From the IMG/VR virus record IMGVR_UViG_3300044796_000394: DNA of 64,000 bases; one strand, given 5' to 3'. How positions within the stretch are numbered: position 1 is the first letter of the stretch; each line of letters opens with the position of its first letter. The DNA comes from a virus. Taxonomy: Duplodnaviria > Heunggongvirae > Uroviricota > Caudoviricetes. Below are positions 26,206-35,654 of this stretch, piece by piece. Under the pieces are notes generated by a model, which ran no database searches, had not been told where the DNA came from, and worked only from the letters and a program-made list of their open reading frames with translations. The translations under genes and the position numbers were made by a program.

Positions 26206-27233
26206 ATCTCCTGTGCTATTTTGAGCAAGTCATTCGTGTCTAAATTTTGTGTATTGCTGGCAGAAATGAACCTTTGGAAAAGGTCGCCATCTTGCAAATT
26301 GAATTTGAGCATTCGATCTTCTTTGGATTCTTCTTTCGCAATGATTTCCTTCGGTAGAAATGTTACTTGTGAATCCGGTGATGTAGAACGTACCTTGCTC
26401 TGTAAATCTACTACGTCGGCAGAATTGAGGTCATCGACGTAAACCCTCACGAAATTGCGGCCCAAATCTTCGGGCAAATCCACAGCATCCAAAATCAAAT
26501 GCTTCGGTGAAAAATCATTAACTATCGCAATCGTTTCCAATGTTTCAGTATCCATCGCCAAGATGTGTTTTTCCTGAAAGGCTTCGTTAAATGTTAACTG
26601 TAATGGCGAACCGATGTACTCTACCTTGTCGGTCAATTTTTGGGCACCGTGATAGTGTCCCAAGAAAACTCTGTTCCATCCGTCAAAAAGATCACGGCTA
26701 ACAGGTACCATATCGTTTTCATTCTCAACCGATACTTCTGCTTTTGTTCTATGATTAAAGTTAAGTACGGCACCATCTACGGCAATATGACCAATCAATA
26801 CGTTAGACTTCTTCGCTTTCCAATTCTTTAGAGTATTAATTGGATTATGAGTGAAGGGCAAGAAGTCAATTGGGAAATCGCCGACCATCACGGTTGATGG
26901 TTCCGATACGACAGTAACGTTTTTAAGGGCAGCGAACGGATGTACACTAGAGATTTCTTTACTTTCGTAAAACCACAGATCGTGGTTGCCGAGTAGAAGA
27001 TAAAGATTAATGTCGGGATTGGCATTCAGAACATTGAATGTTTTGTTGTAAGCCAAAACTTGAATTTTTTGACGGTCTTGAAAGAGGTCGCCGCCAAAAA
27101 CGATATTTTTGATCTTCCGCTTGCGGGCCGTATCAAAAACCCACTGGAGGACTTTTAGACAATCCTCCAAGCGATCTTGACTACCTTTATGTGCTGCGAT
27201 GTGAACGTCTGAGAAAAATAAAATTTCGGGCAT
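26193..27233 (-). CDS. Recombination nuclease, SbcD/Mre11/T4 gp47-like
   Basis: SDVH, GGDLF, GNHD, LGHYH, YIGSP.Q..F.E. Confidence 0.93.
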   Translation of the reverse strand: MPEILFFSDVHIAAHKGSQDRLEDCLKVLQWVFDTARKRKIKNIVFGGDLFQDRQKIQVLAYNKTFNVLNANPDINLYLLLGNHDLWFYESKEISSVHPFAALKNVTVVSEPSTVMVGDFPIDFLPFTHNPINTLKNWKAKKSNVLIGHIAVDGAVLNFNHRTKAEVSVENENDMVPVSRDLFDGWNRVFLGHYHGAQKLTDKVEYIGSPLQLTFNEAFQEKHILAMDTETLETIAIVNDFSPKHLILDAVDLPEDLGRNFVRVYVDDLNSADVVDLQSKVRSTSPDSQVTFLPKEIIAKEESKEDRMLKFNLQDGDLFQRFISASNTQNLDTNDLLKIAQEICAE

Positions 27234-27299
27234 AGAAGTACCGAGGGGTTATGTCGGTATATTCTAACGATAATCTTTTCATTTTCTATCTTACTTTTT

Positions 27300-27695
27300 T
27301 CACTTCAACAAACTCTTGGGCTTTTGCTCAACTTTGGCAACTTTATTTAACTTTGGATTGCGTTTTGAAACACTAATCTCATTGAAAAATTCGTTATACT
27401 TTTGATCGTCAGCGACACGTCTTAACACTTTCCAAACGTCGGCAATGGAAATGTTTTGGATAGGTACAGGAGTTGCCGGTGGTGGTGGTGCGCCCATTCC
27501 GCCCATATCACCGCCCATAGGAGGCCCGCCACCCATTCCGCCCATCATAGGATCAGCACCGGGAGCACCTCCCATCGCATCAGGGGCACCACCCATTTCA
27601 CCACCTGGAGCAGGCGGCATACCACCAGCCGGGGGCGGTGGACCAAGAGGAGCTTCGGTTAAGCGGGTACAGGCTTCATAAAAACTTTGCTTCAT
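27300..27695 (-). CDS. Gly/Pro/Met-rich low-complexity protein
   Basis: Start MKQSFYE..LTE; CTAAATA 7 nt upstream. Confidence 0.7.
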   Translation of the reverse strand: MKQSFYEACTRLTEAPLGPPPPAGGMPPAPGGEMGGAPDAMGGAPGADPMMGGMGGGPPMGGDMGGMGAPPPPATPVPIQNISIADVWKVLRRVADDQKYNEFFNEISVSKRNPKLNKVAKVEQKPKSLLK

Positions 27696-27807
27696 ATGAG
27701 ATTATTTAGTACTATTTTCTTGACTTATGAGAAAAATTATGAGATTATATTATCAACGCTGGTTGAGCCGGAACCAGTAACAACGTAGATTCTCAGGGGA
27801 GAAGACG

Positions 27808-28137
27808 ATGAAAAGACCACTTCAAGAACCCAAATCTCAGCGATACAGAGCAATTGCCGTCTTTGCCAGTGGCAAAGAAGGGTTGATAACGCTCGGTAGC
27901 AACTACGCCTTTGTACAGGAAAACTACGACGAAGCGTTTCACAAACTGTACGGCGTGGACAGCGAAGGGAACCAAACAGCGAGCATTAAGGAGGTTCATG
28001 TCCAGCAATGGCAAGGGCAATCCGATGTTGGCCGCTGGAATACCCTCAAGGTTCTTCCGGTGCCACAACCCGTCGTCATCGGCATCGGCGTACGCAAAAA
28101 GCCGGTTGAAACCGCTGCGGAACCGACCATCGGTTAA
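27808..28137 (+). CDS. Hypothetical protein
   Basis: 109 aa with GGGGAG SD. Confidence 0.65.
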   Translation: MKRPLQEPKSQRYRAIAVFASGKEGLITLGSNYAFVQENYDEAFHKLYGVDSEGNQTASIKEVHVQQWQGQSDVGRWNTLKVLPVPQPVVIGIGVRKKPVETAAEPTIG

Positions 28138-28159
28138 ATAAAAAAATATTTTTCACAAA

Positions 28160-28183
28160 ATCGGCGGATTTTTATCCGCCGAT
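28160..28183. other. 10-bp inverted repeat (hairpin or operator)
   Basis: ATCGGCGGAT-TTTT-ATCCGCCGAT in an intergenic gap. Confidence 0.55.
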
Positions 28184-28197
28184 CATTATTTAACGGT

Positions 28198-28491
28198 ATG
28201 ATAAACGTTAAACCCCCAGATCCGTTTTGTGAAGCCGTATTAGGTGAATTCAAACCGGACAAAGTAAAAACAGACAAAGGCACTCTCGCCTTTGCACGCA
28301 AAGGCGAACTTTTCATCGCCGAAGAATACGCACAAAAATGGGTTGATCCCGTTACCTTCCAAAATAAATGGATCTTTGGAAATGTGAACCTAGTCGAATG
28401 GCGACTGGTAAGCAAATTGGATGGCTCGGTTAGCTACGAAAGGCAAATGGAACCTTGCCTCAAAGGTGGCAAACTTAAGGATATGCTCTAA
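28198..28491 (+). CDS. Hypothetical protein
   Basis: 97-aa ORF followed by a terminator. Confidence 0.6.
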   Translation: MINVKPPDPFCEAVLGEFKPDKVKTDKGTLAFARKGELFIAEEYAQKWVDPVTFQNKWIFGNVNLVEWRLVSKLDGSVSYERQMEPCLKGGKLKDML

Positions 28492-28494
28492 ACG

Positions 28495-28521
28495 AAAAAG
28501 CCCGGCTTAGCCGGGCTTTTT
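28495..28521. terminator. Bidirectional intrinsic terminator
   Basis: AAAAAGCCCGGC-TTA-GCCGGGCTTTTT between convergent genes. Confidence 0.85.
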
Positions 28522-29925
28522 TCATTCTTGTACAGTCACTTTATGCCCTTCGGCCTCAATGATCTTCACTCGCTTCCAAGAGTGCTTTTCCAGATAATCA
28601 TTGATTTCAAAGATAAAGTCATAATACTTTAAGTGATCCTTGTCATTCGCCATACGCAATCCACGACCAAATCTTTGAATAATCTGGTGGTCGGCCTGGC
28701 CCCCGCACGCATTTACGAGATTATGACAAAAGACGTTAATACCGGTATTGAAAATACCGGAAGTCGCAATCGCAACCAAATCGTCTTCATCGTGCTTCAA
28801 TCGGTCAATGATATATTTGCGAGTCTCTAGAGTATCCTCGCCTCGTACCCACAACGAACCGGGGATCAATTCCTGCAACCTGTCGCCGTGGGCAATTCTC
28901 TCAACAATTACCAAGGAACGACCTTTCAAGCCTTTCACTAGATCAGAAACCTGCTTATGAAAATGTTCATTTTCAGCAATACCAAATGTAACTGCATCCA
29001 AATAAATCGCATATGGAATCTTAGGTTCTGTGACTTTGGCAAAATAGCATTCCGCACTGGATAAAATGTTCCGATCTTGAAGTTCTTTGGTTGTTAACTT
29101 TCCACTCTCGGTGCTGTCGGTCAAGAAGGGAGGGCCAAACCATCCCTTGACATCATACATCTGGCTTTCATCCTTGCCTCCAAACTTGAACGGCGTAGCG
29201 CTCATTCCAATCCGTACAGAGCAATTCTTCATCGCAGCGTAAATCTTCTTCGGCACCTTGCTCATCATTTCATGGATTTCGTCCACGATCAACACTTGGA
29301 TTTTGCCGAGTACCGGTTTAAGTAAGTGGGCGCTCTGAGAAGTGCTACAAGTGATGTAATTCGGATCTTTCTTGGAACCGTACAGCCTACCGCATTCCAA
29401 TCCCAAAGACTTGATTTCTTCGTAGTTCTGATCCACCAGAGAGGTTTTATTGGCTAGAATAAGCGTTGGCGTCTTAGGCGGCAATGCCTTGACAATCGCC
29501 TTCATCGTATTGGTTTTACCAGATGAAGTCGGAGATGTAATGAGACCACGACTGTATTTGATTGTGTGGTTAACGTAATCAACTTGATAATCCCGAAGTT
29601 CCTTAACTGGATTCGGGCCTTCATTCAAGAAGTACTGATTGATGGAAGGAACACGCCAAGTGATTTTGTTACGAAAATCAGCGACCGTGTAAGGAGCACC
29701 CAACTCCTTCAAAGCACCCTTGACTTCCGGAAGCAGACCAGTTAAAAACCTACCGGAATCTTTCTTGAAGAAATCATCGTAACCGTCCCAGAGTTTTTGT
29801 TTATATCGAAAGTTGTGAAAGTAATTCTTGGCTCTGACCCGCAATGCTCTCCAAAGTATATGCTTCAAGCCCTCGTCTCCGGATTCCAACCAACTATAAT
29901 TGTTTTCTAACCGTAAATTGTTCAT
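28522..29925 (-). CDS. SF2 DNA helicase (UvsW-like)
   Basis: LRDYQ, SPTSSGKT, VDEIH, SATP, TGIN, Q..GRGLR; N-terminal WDG motif. Confidence 0.9.
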   Translation of the reverse strand: MNNLRLENNYSWLESGDEGLKHILWRALRVRAKNYFHNFRYKQKLWDGYDDFFKKDSGRFLTGLLPEVKGALKELGAPYTVADFRNKITWRVPSINQYFLNEGPNPVKELRDYQVDYVNHTIKYSRGLITSPTSSGKTNTMKAIVKALPPKTPTLILANKTSLVDQNYEEIKSLGLECGRLYGSKKDPNYITCSTSQSAHLLKPVLGKIQVLIVDEIHEMMSKVPKKIYAAMKNCSVRIGMSATPFKFGGKDESQMYDVKGWFGPPFLTDSTESGKLTTKELQDRNILSSAECYFAKVTEPKIPYAIYLDAVTFGIAENEHFHKQVSDLVKGLKGRSLVIVERIAHGDRLQELIPGSLWVRGEDTLETRKYIIDRLKHDEDDLVAIATSGIFNTGINVFCHNLVNACGGQADHQIIQRFGRGLRMANDKDHLKYYDFIFEINDYLEKHSWKRVKIIEAEGHKVTVQE

Positions 29926-29963
29926 ATGAATAAGATACTAACATACAAACTAAAGAATGTCAA

Positions 29964-30533
29964 TTATTCTTTGAATTGTCCAGCAAGTAATTTGGGATAG
30001 CGACTTTTTGGCAACCACGGGGCAATCATACGAATTAACGTCTCAGTACCCGGAACCGTAAAGACAATCACATAACTCTTGCGTGATTTATTAATATTAC
30101 AAGGAATTTCAACCTCATTGAAATATTGTTCAATGATTTCATTGCCTTTTAAGCCAAAAGACTGCGTCCGAAGACAAGCGTTCTTCATCTTGCGGCCAAT
30201 CAGTGTGCCACTATCACCGTACCAAACTGCAAGCCCCATATCTCTCAACGGATCAAGCCATTCCATGCAAACTTGTTTTTTGCCGTCGGGATAGCAGAAT
30301 TTACGCAGATCGGTGAAAATTGGATGTGAAACAGAACGCCAAGTACAAGTCGTTCCACTGATATACCACGGTGTTGCGGCCCCGTAATGCGCAATTTCGC
30401 TCGCCTTGGTTTGAAGCCAAGATAAGTGCTTGCTGCTGTGTCTCATACACAAGTAGCTGTTCTTAGAGCCTTGGCAAATATATCCATTGCCAAGCAGCGT
30501 ACCCAAGACGATTTGTCTTTGATTGTCGTCCAT
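29964..30533 (-). CDS. Free-standing LAGLIDADG endonuclease-like protein
   Basis: LGTLLGNGYI and GLAVWYGDSG motifs. Confidence 0.8.
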   Translation of the reverse strand: MDDNQRQIVLGTLLGNGYICQGSKNSYLCMRHSSKHLSWLQTKASEIAHYGAATPWYISGTTCTWRSVSHPIFTDLRKFCYPDGKKQVCMEWLDPLRDMGLAVWYGDSGTLIGRKMKNACLRTQSFGLKGNEIIEQYFNEVEIPCNINKSRKSYVIVFTVPGTETLIRMIAPWLPKSRYPKLLAGQFKE

Positions 30534-30647
30534 GACAATATCTATGCTCCGAAGCGATCAATTAAACATTAATGACATATATAAGAAAAGAGATATTACG
30601 ATCTTTATTAGACGACAGTTTGAAGGCGAGGAAGGTATATAAATTCT

Positions 30648-32045
30648 ATGAGACATTTAAAATTCCGAGAATTTCAAGAAGCTAAAGAAGCCAAAGAAAA
30701 GGGTTTGGCAACAGAACCCGCTGGTAAGCCGAACAATGCCCCGGATGGCGGCAAGGGTCCAGCCGTAGGCAAAGGCTTCGGAGATCAAAATGGTCTTGAA
30801 CCAAATAAAGAAAAAGACGGTGGCAAGGGTGCCAATGTCGGCAAGGGTTTGGGCGATGAAAAAGGTGTTATCACCAAAGATCAAGCCATTCCCAAAGAAG
30901 GCAAGACTGTAGAACTCATTAAGATTGATTCTGGCTTCATTGGCAAGGATTACAAGGGTTTTTTGGCTACCAAGTATGGGAACAAGGCCGAAGATACCAC
31001 CCAACCGTACGCTGACAAAGCCGACGATACCGGAGTTTATCTTTCCTCATCTTCCGAAGACCCAAAAAAAGGTTTAGCATTTGATGCGATGCCCGGAATG
31101 ACGGCAACCAATTCCGGTGGTGAAGAACCTAAGTTCAATTTCACGAAGAAAAACATTGCCAAATTAACGTCCGAAGAATTCCTCAAAGACACTCAAAAAT
31201 TGTCGCCTACTGATTTTGTTAATTATTACGCCGAGAATACTGAAGAAGAACCTTTACCTACGATTACCGACTTGAATGGTAATCAATTTACGCCAGATCC
31301 AAATCAAACAATTGAATATCTTGCTCACTTGGCAGCTAAAAACCCAAGATTGATGACTCGTTTTGTACGAGAAATCAAGAGACACGAAGGTGGCTTCAAC
31401 AAATTATTCAGTGAAAGCGCAGATCATCCAGAATTCGTTACGAATATGGTTGAGAGTATGTCAAAGCCTGAAACCGGCAAAAAGTTCTGTCATCGTATTG
31501 CCCGTGGTATGAATGATACCTACATGACGGCACTTGATAACTATGTTATGGAAAACAGGTTAAACGAAGAAGTACAGCCGAAAAAAGACCTATCTGTCGA
31601 AGACGGTGGGCCAGTCGGAAATCCTCCCGAAAATCCTTCGGGTATGTCTTCCCCACAAATGAAACAACCGCAAGGCGGGGCATTTGGTGGTGGTGGACCC
31701 GCACAACCCAACCTTCAACCTCCGGGCGGGGCAATGGGCGGCGGAGGACCGGCTGGCCCATCAGCTCCCCCACCGGGCGGCGCAATGGGCGGCGGCGGTG
31801 CAATGATGGGCGGACAAGCTACAGGGCCAGCAGCAGGCCCGGCAGGAATGGGCGGAATCGGCGGCGGGCCACCTTCATTGCCTCCTACCGGATTTGATGC
31901 CGGTGGTATGCAGCCCCCTCAACCAACAGCCAAGCTTAAAGGTGAAACGGCTCACGGTAACATGATTGAAAGCATGGGTGGTTTCCCTCACATGCACACC
32001 CATATGGCTTCATTTTGCATTAACGGAAACTGCGACAAAAAATAA
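30648..32045 (+). CDS. Hypothetical protein with a Gly/Pro/Met-rich tail, candidate head-associated protein
   Basis: 465 aa; start MRHLKFREFQE; repeated DGGKG..VGKG.GD. Confidence 0.75.
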   Translation: MRHLKFREFQEAKEAKEKGLATEPAGKPNNAPDGGKGPAVGKGFGDQNGLEPNKEKDGGKGANVGKGLGDEKGVITKDQAIPKEGKTVELIKIDSGFIGKDYKGFLATKYGNKAEDTTQPYADKADDTGVYLSSSSEDPKKGLAFDAMPGMTATNSGGEEPKFNFTKKNIAKLTSEEFLKDTQKLSPTDFVNYYAENTEEEPLPTITDLNGNQFTPDPNQTIEYLAHLAAKNPRLMTRFVREIKRHEGGFNKLFSESADHPEFVTNMVESMSKPETGKKFCHRIARGMNDTYMTALDNYVMENRLNEEVQPKKDLSVEDGGPVGNPPENPSGMSSPQMKQPQGGAFGGGGPAQPNLQPPGGAMGGGGPAGPSAPPPGGAMGGGGAMMGGQATGPAAGPAGMGGIGGGPPSLPPTGFDAGGMQPPQPTAKLKGETAHGNMIESMGGFPHMHTHMASFCINGNCDKK

Positions 32046-33076
32046 TATAAATTAACGTCTTCTTGATATGTTATTTCTAATAAGAACACGCCGGAGAGCT
32101 CTTCCGATACTCCAAAATGAGTGGCTATTATACGTGTAGGTAATCCGTTTTGAGACATACCAATAATTATTGGTATGTCTTCATCTTTAATCTTTCTAAC
32201 ATACTCTCTTGTTATTTTTTCTTTAATAATTAGCTTATATTTCATACTTTCGGGTATGTTAATATTCTGCCATTCATCAAGAAATCTATCTCTATTCTCA
32301 GGGTTAAAGCATATTCTATTTGATCCCTTGTTGTTCATAGCATACAAAGAACATTTCAGATTTTTATTAAGAATACAAACAATTTGACATAATTGTTCAT
32401 AACCAAAGCCTTTATTGCTGATGATGGGCGAACAATCGTTTCTGGTACCATCATCCAAATACCAAATTAACAGACCCAACGAATCTAATTGCTCTATTAG
32501 TTCATACGGTATAGTATCTTTATCCTTTGACTTACCACTATAAAATTTGGTTCTTAATTCGGTAAAAATTGGATGAGAAGGTGTGATAATTGTTGGCTTT
32601 TTTACCCAAATTTTTTCACCTTTTCTTTCAACCAAAGCATTTGATTCAAAATAATTAGGTTTAAATATTTCGAATCTATCTTTCTTCCAAAGAACATAAT
32701 CACGTTGTTTGAAACCATGAGATTCACTAAAGATAAAATGTATGGCGTTTCCACCTCTCTTAATACACCCATCACCTAATATACTCCCAATTAATACCTG
32801 CTTAACTTCATTGGACAAATCATCAAACTTTAAACTATGATCTAATTTGTGATATTTTGTTCTATCAACAAAAGTTTCAGCCAACTGACCTTGTCTTACT
32901 TTACATGCAAGAGTTTTTTTAATCTTTAACTTACAACATTGCGTCAAGATAGAACCTAGACTTCTATGTGGTAAAAGTTTTTGAATCTCTTTTGTTAAAA
33001 AATCCTTACCAACTTGTTTCAACAAATCGGTTTCCTCATTTGTCCATTTTTTACCCATAAAAATCCTTAATCTCAA
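31988..33076 (-). CDS. LAGLIDADG homing endonuclease with N- and C-terminal HTH-like domains; probable frameshift near 32102
   Basis: IGSILGDGCI, GLLIWYLDDG; WT.EE..LL N-terminus; an alternative-frame ending stops at 32052. Confidence 0.8.
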   Translation of the reverse strand: MRLRIFMGKKWTNEETDLLKQVGKDFLTKEIQKLLPHRSLGSILTQCCKLKIKKTLACKVRQGQLAETFVDRTKYHKLDHSLKFDDLSNEVKQVLIGSILGDGCIKRGGNAIHFIFSESHGFKQRDYVLWKKDRFEIFKPNYFESNALVERKGEKIWVKKPTIITPSHPIFTELRTKFYSGKSKDKDTIPYELIEQLDSLGLLIWYLDDGTRNDCSPIISNKGFGYEQLCQIVCILNKNLKCSLYAMNNKGSNRICFNPENRDRFLDEWQNINIPESMKYKLIIKEKITREYVRKIKDEDIPIIIGMSQNGLPTRIIATHFGVSEELSGVFLLEITYQEDVNLYYFLSQFPLMQNEAIWVCM

Positions 33077-35040
33077 TTGTCATAACTAATAGTATCGCCA
33101 TTTGAAACGTCTTCAAAAGCAATATTGGTTTTTGTAGGCAAAAATGGCGAATTTTCATAGACGCTATTATTCGTGGTTTTGTGCTGACCTTCTTCGGCAT
33201 CTTCATAACAATAAACACCCCAAACTTGTTGCTTTTGTTCATCATAAAAAATGCCCATATCGGTATTATTTGATCCCCAATGTTGAACTTTCTTGTCAGC
33301 ATTAAAGGCATCTAGTTTTCTATACCAAAAACTTTTTGGTAATCTGCCGGTAATCTCACTAAGAATTTTCTTGGTTTCTTGATCACCTTCTTTTCGTTTT
33401 CGTTTTTCGCCATGCTTGTATGTCATATACAATTTGGTTAATTTGTCTATTTGTTCAACTTCGACCTTAATAACTTTGGCTGAAGTAATTTTAGATTCCC
33501 ACACTTCTGCTTCATATCCACCATTTGGTGTAATATAACTTACAGCCCTTTTGGCTTTAGTTTGAAATTTTTGAACTCGTGCATGCTTGGGAAGTGATCC
33601 ATCAAATTTGTAATTATCGATATACTCCTTCATTCCAACACAAGAAACAATCTTGGATTTATGTCGACCATATCCACACATTCTTCCGTAAAGTGCTTGT
33701 GTAATGGCTGCTATGTTTGATTTGCCTTTCGTTAAACTAAAAGAAGAAGCATCTAATGCTAATCTAATTTCAGGAGGAAGCGTCCACGAGCATTGAAGAA
33801 CATCTACAACTACCAAACAATACGATTTAGTAGGAATCGAAGGGAGTTTTTTTGTTAAACTGGTGTTCAAATGCTTGGGTCCATAATGCCTAATAACCTC
33901 TAAACCCAAACTAGTCATGTAATCCGCTGCCACATCGGCGGCTTCAATACAACTCCATCGACTTACATTGTGTTGTTCAAAATATTTTCCCTGATGGAAA
34001 AATTCTACTAAAGATCTAACTTTATTTTTGTCAATTTCACTGCCACTACGACCTGAATGATATTTGAAATTTGAAGGAATGCATTCTTCAATAATTACAT
34101 CTTCCTCTATGTAATTTTGATCACAAGGCATCTTTCTGCCGCAAATTGTTGATGGACCGACATAACCCAGAGCCAAATTCAACAATATTTCTTCCCACAA
34201 ATATTTCTTACTAGAAAAAAGTTGTTCAAAAGGCGTTGCCGATACAGTTAACATAGAAACAGCGGCATTCAATTCCATTTTTTCCAAAATTTTTCTTGAA
34301 AACAACCCTCCAACTTCCGTACCCCAATGAGACTCATCTGAAATTATTAAAATCGGTGATTTTTCAGTAGCTTGTTCAATATACTCATCTATTTCTTCCG
34401 CAAAATCTTTTCCTTTATTTAATCTACTAGCGATGACGTCACGACTATAATCTCTCACAGACGCCGTGTAAGCATATTGATCAATTCTATCCTTAATTTG
34501 TTTTTCCAAATCAGTTTTTCCATTCATGGAAATAATGATAATTCGACCACCTATCTTACCTTCATTTTCCCATTTCTTTAACATGATTTCGGCAACAACC
34601 AAAAAAACGCCAGTTTTACCAACTTGGAATGGTGCTGTAATTGATATGAACTTTTTACCTTCATTAAACGCCTTCACCACTCTACATGCTGCTTCTACTT
34701 GTGTTTTATAAGCTGGCATATTAGCAAAACGTCCCGTTCTCAACATTAATTTTTCTGCTTTTTGTAAATCATCCTTAAACATTCGGGAATCTGGTGTTGC
34801 CAAACACATCTCGCTAAATCTTCTTTTAGCGTAAGTCTCTTTTTTCATAGACTCGGTCAAAAACTTTTCTCCTAAAAACCAATCAGTACGATCATCACCA
34901 CCTAAATTAATTTTCAACAAATTTTGAATGGTTTCTCGTTTTTCAAAAATATTATAAGCAATCTCATCTTGTTTAAGCATCATTGCGTCCTTAAAAACGG
35001 TTTCTTGTGTGTAGTATAGTTCCTTAAAAACAATTTTCAA
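33073..35040 (-). CDS. SF2 helicase-like ATPase
   Basis: Q.GKTG Walker A, DESH Walker B, SATP, Q...GRMCGY. Confidence 0.7.
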   Translation of the reverse strand: MKIVFKELYYTQETVFKDAMMLKQDEIAYNIFEKRETIQNLLKINLGGDDRTDWFLGEKFLTESMKKETYAKRRFSEMCLATPDSRMFKDDLQKAEKLMLRTGRFANMPAYKTQVEAACRVVKAFNEGKKFISITAPFQVGKTGVFLVVAEIMLKKWENEGKIGGRIIIISMNGKTDLEKQIKDRIDQYAYTASVRDYSRDVIASRLNKGKDFAEEIDEYIEQATEKSPILIISDESHWGTEVGGLFSRKILEKMELNAAVSMLTVSATPFEQLFSSKKYLWEEILLNLALGYVGPSTICGRKMPCDQNYIEEDVIIEECIPSNFKYHSGRSGSEIDKNKVRSLVEFFHQGKYFEQHNVSRWSCIEAADVAADYMTSLGLEVIRHYGPKHLNTSLTKKLPSIPTKSYCLVVVDVLQCSWTLPPEIRLALDASSFSLTKGKSNIAAITQALYGRMCGYGRHKSKIVSCVGMKEYIDNYKFDGSLPKHARVQKFQTKAKRAVSYITPNGGYEAEVWESKITSAKVIKVEVEQIDKLTKLYMTYKHGEKRKRKEGDQETKKILSEITGRLPKSFWYRKLDAFNADKKVQHWGSNNTDMGIFYDEQKQQVWGVYCYEDAEEGQHKTTNNSVYENSPFLPTKTNIAFEDVSNGDTISYDN

Positions 35041-35079
35041 TGCTCATTTGAATTTACTAATAAAAATTATAACTACGAT

Positions 35080-35643
35080 ATGGCAAAAGTTTTAGAGTTA
35101 TTCCACGGCACCCCTACTGATTTCAATACCTTCACCGTCGATAAGGTCGGTAATGGTCACGATCAAGAGGGGCCGGGCATATACTTAACAAACAACAGAC
35201 AAGATGCCCTTTACTACATGCGTGGCAAGGGCTTTCTTTTTACACTTAAAGTTACTTTGAATAAGGTTGTTCCACTGAAGGGTAAAGTCAACAGAGCACA
35301 AGTCATCAAGTTGATGAAAGCGGCTCCCAACCTAAATGACACACTTGAAAATTGGGACGAAAATCCACATCGGGCATTTTTGACCGCATTAGACGGCATG
35401 TTAAACAACGAAACACCCCATCAGGTGTTTCAAAGCGTCTGGTATGATTTTTACAAGAATACACCACAGAACTACGTAACCAACATGTATAGCATGTTAG
35501 GATACGATGGTGTGATTATACCCAAGCCTCAAAAAGTTGGAATGTTCCCTTCTAGCTTCGGCATGAAGAATCTCATCCACGTGATCGTATTCAATCCGCA
35601 CTCAATTCAGATTATTAACAAAGAAGCATTGATTGTAAGTTAA
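35080..35643 (+). CDS. ADP-ribosyltransferase-like protein
   Basis: LFHGT...F..F, G.GIYLT....A..Y, GYDGVI, V.NP..I.I pattern. Confidence 0.65.
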   Translation: MAKVLELFHGTPTDFNTFTVDKVGNGHDQEGPGIYLTNNRQDALYYMRGKGFLFTLKVTLNKVVPLKGKVNRAQVIKLMKAAPNLNDTLENWDENPHRAFLTALDGMLNNETPHQVFQSVWYDFYKNTPQNYVTNMYSMLGYDGVIIPKPQKVGMFPSSFGMKNLIHVIVFNPHSIQIINKEALIVS

Positions 35644-35654
35644 TAACCATATTA

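Noticed and set aside
27720-27752. Sigma70 promoter upstream of 27808
   Set aside because: TTGACT is present but there is no good -10 at 16-18 bp spacing.
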